From contig CAIXIX010000588.1 in the NCBI GenBank assembly GCA_903919615.1, forward strand, positions 22,324 to 86,323: a stretch of DNA of 64,000 bases. The letters run 5' to 3'. The DNA is from an uncultured Chthonomonas sp. GTDB taxonomy: Bacteria; Armatimonadota; Chthonomonadetes; Chthonomonadales; Chthonomonadaceae. Within the stretch, counting starts at the first letter, position 1. The number at the start of each line of letters is the position of its first letter. The notes under the pieces were generated by a model that was not told where the DNA came from, ran no database searches, and saw only the letters and a list, made by a program, of their open reading frames with translations. The position numbers and the translations under genes were made by a program. This document shows, piece after piece, positions 62,467 through 64,000 of the stretch.

Positions 62467-64000
62467 ATGGACACCCGGCCTATCGTAACGGCTGTAACAC
62501 TTGTCCTCATATTGGCGCTGGCTTGGACTGGTATCCTCTGGCGCAAGGCTCATCTGCCTTTGAAGCCGTTAGAGGTGTCGATGTGGTACTGGCATACTCC
62601 CTACCATATTGACGCGGCCGAGGCTGCGCAGCTTCAGTCGATCGGCGTAAAACAGCTTTTCGTACTTGCGGGCACCTTTCGATCTCAGCATGGTTCCGTG
62701 CATATGATCATGCCACAGCAGTGGGAGGCAGCGCCATCCACGCTTGGCGTCCACCTCGTATTTCACTTCGATGCGACACTAATCAAAGAGTTCGAAAAGC
62801 TACCGATTGAGACCGTTGCCTCGTCCGTTGCCTCAGGCATTTCTAAGGTGAGTGCAGAAGCCGAACAACATAGTGTCAGCATCATCGGTGTACAGTTGGA
62901 TTTTGACTGTCCCACCCGGCTGCTGGGGCGTTATGGCGAGTTGATGCGGCGTCTCCGACCGGCACTGAAGCCTGGAGTCGCGCTTTCTGCGACGGCCCTG
63001 CCTACGTGGTACACCAGTAAAAATATAGAATTACTGATGAAACAGGTCGGTTTTCTTGCCCCCCAGTACTATGAGTCGGAGATTCCAAAGACGCTGGATT
63101 CTGGGGCGACAATTTCACGGCTTAGCCTGCTCGAACACGGATTGCGAGCAGCCGGATCCCACGACTATCCCTTTTACGCAGGCATACCGGCGTACGGGCA
63201 TGCCCTTCTCTACAATGAGCGAGGCAGCCTGCTGGGCATGTATCACGATATCGGAATTCTTAGCGCGATGCATCAAAATGCGCTAACTCTTGTGAGATCA
63301 TTCGGCGTCGATCGGAGTGGTGAGCCGGCCTTGCCAGCTTCCTACATAGGCGAAGATATCTTCGACTTCAAGGCAATCCGAGCGGACGAAGAGGGCCACG
63401 GGCTCGGATATCATCTGTTGTACGACCTGCCTACTGCAGAGCTATTGCGCAGCCACCTCGCTGCCTTAGCCGCAAACCGACCTCGTAACTGCAGGGGCAT
63501 TATCCTGTTTCGCTATCCCGAGTTCGGAGAACCTTCGACGCTGCCTTTCCAGACCATCGCAGCAGCCCTGGCTGGCCGCAAAGCACGGCCAAACTTAAAG
63601 GTGACCATTTCGAGTACTGCCGCTCCCTGGGAGGTTGTAGAATCTAACAGGAAGGTGAAGCGCGTCCCACATGACGTAACGATTACCGTATCGAATGTCG
63701 GAGATGCTGGAACGTACATTGCAAAGGATGCCGTGATGGTCAGCCTTAATTTCGACTCAGTGGGAATAGATACGGTAGAACCCGGCGGATTTGATTCCGT
63801 TCAAACACTCTATAGTGATGCTGGCCGGCAGCAAATTAAGGCGTCTGCGCAAAGATCAAATTGTGTTCAATGCTTTAAGTCTTACCTGGCACCGGGTGAA
63901 ACTGCACGCATCGGCCCATTCGAAACGCAGGCGGGGCATTTGCGGGGGAACTGGACGGTGCGTGGTGCAGGAAACTTGATGAAGTATCGGGGAGACATAG
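62467..64000 (+). CDS. Membrane-anchored hypothetical protein (possibly glycosidase-like barrel); 3' end runs off the window
   Basis: ATG 62467 follows GAGGGA. The open frame runs to the window end and is absent from the ORF track. N-terminal TM anchor IVTAVTLVLILALAWTGILW. Family not recognised with confidence. Confidence 0.7.
   Translation, partial: MDTRPIVTAVTLVLILALAWTGILWRKAHLPLKPLEVSMWYWHTPYHIDAAEAAQLQSIGVKQLFVLAGTFRSQHGSVHMIMPQQWEAAPSTLGVHLVFHFDATLIKEFEKLPIETVASSVASGISKVSAEAEQHSVSIIGVQLDFDCPTRLLGRYGELMRRLRPALKPGVALSATALPTWYTSKNIELLMKQVGFLAPQYYESEIPKTLDSGATISRLSLLEHGLRAAGSHDYPFYAGIPAYGHALLYNERGSLLGMYHDIGILSAMHQNALTLVRSFGVDRSGEPALPASYIGEDIFDFKAIRADEEGHGLGYHLLYDLPTAELLRSHLAALAANRPRNCRGIILFRYPEFGEPSTLPFQTIAAALAGRKARPNLKVTISSTAAPWEVVESNRKVKRVPHDVTITVSNVGDAGTYIAKDAVMVSLNFDSVGIDTVEPGGFDSVQTLYSDAGRQQIKASAQRSNCVQCFKSYLAPGETARIGPFETQAGHLRGNWTVRGAGNLMKYRGDI

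Noticed and set aside
1-64000. Search for tRNA, rRNA, transposase, integrase, phage or toxin-antitoxin genes.
   Set aside because: No cloverleaf-like sequences were seen in the larger spacers, there are no rRNA-like stretches, and no ORF has DDE, tyrosine-recombinase or typical TA motifs. A tRNAscan/Rfam/ISfinder run would be needed to exclude them formally.

Overview
This is a gene-dense 64-kb chromosomal segment with about 41 protein-coding genes. I recognised no rRNA, tRNA, CRISPR array, transposase or integrase. Both window edges cut real genes that the ORF track omits (1..1259 minus, 62467..64000 plus). The gene content fits a soil Acidobacteriota-like organism, though Planctomycetota and Verrucomicrobiota are not excluded. 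It includes six PEP-CTERM sorting-signal proteins, three PSCyt/DUF1549/DUF1553 + DUF1501 pairs, GxGYxYP, DUF4838 and SBBP/DUF11 proteins, and Tat-exported enzymes.

Layout:
- 1-1259: haem c lipoprotein.
- 1788-11678: minus-strand cluster of secreted glycan-degrading proteins, containing two odd HEAT/TM paralogs.
- 12-20 kb: miscellaneous genes (Tat-signal PLP enzyme, ankyrin, collagen-like lipoprotein, Gfo/Idh/MocA, GNAT, GH29-like, TPR).
- 20072-29437: four-gene DUF1553/DUF1501 operon.
- 29.6-39.4 kb: secreted and PEP-CTERM proteins.
- 39.5-51.5 kb: two AfsR-like SARP-NB-ARC-TPR regulators, each divergent from a PEP-CTERM gene.
- 52.6-57.7 kb: third DUF1553/DUF1501 pair.
- 58-64 kb: lipoprotein, phosphodiesterase, TPR-like protein and a partial gene.

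Most interesting observations:
1. SARP-type STAND regulators sit next to PEP-CTERM cargo genes. A conserved heptamer direct-repeat box (CACGCTT-N5-CACGCTT, then a -10-like hexamer after 6 nt) lies upstream of four PEP-CTERM genes. This looks like an undescribed regulon.
2. Two families of short tandem repeats sit directly after stop codons. One is a 9-nt-periodic GARGTCTTT cassette after four consecutive glycan-cluster genes. The other is a set of G/T-rich GGTGTTAGG-type tracts at seven gene ends.
3. A palindromic CCCTCTCC/GGAGAGGG element family lies in intergenic spacers.
4. Two PEP-CTERM paralogs are disrupted, one by a frameshift and one by an in-frame TAA just before the sorting signal.

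All functional calls come from reading motifs by eye; no database search was possible.
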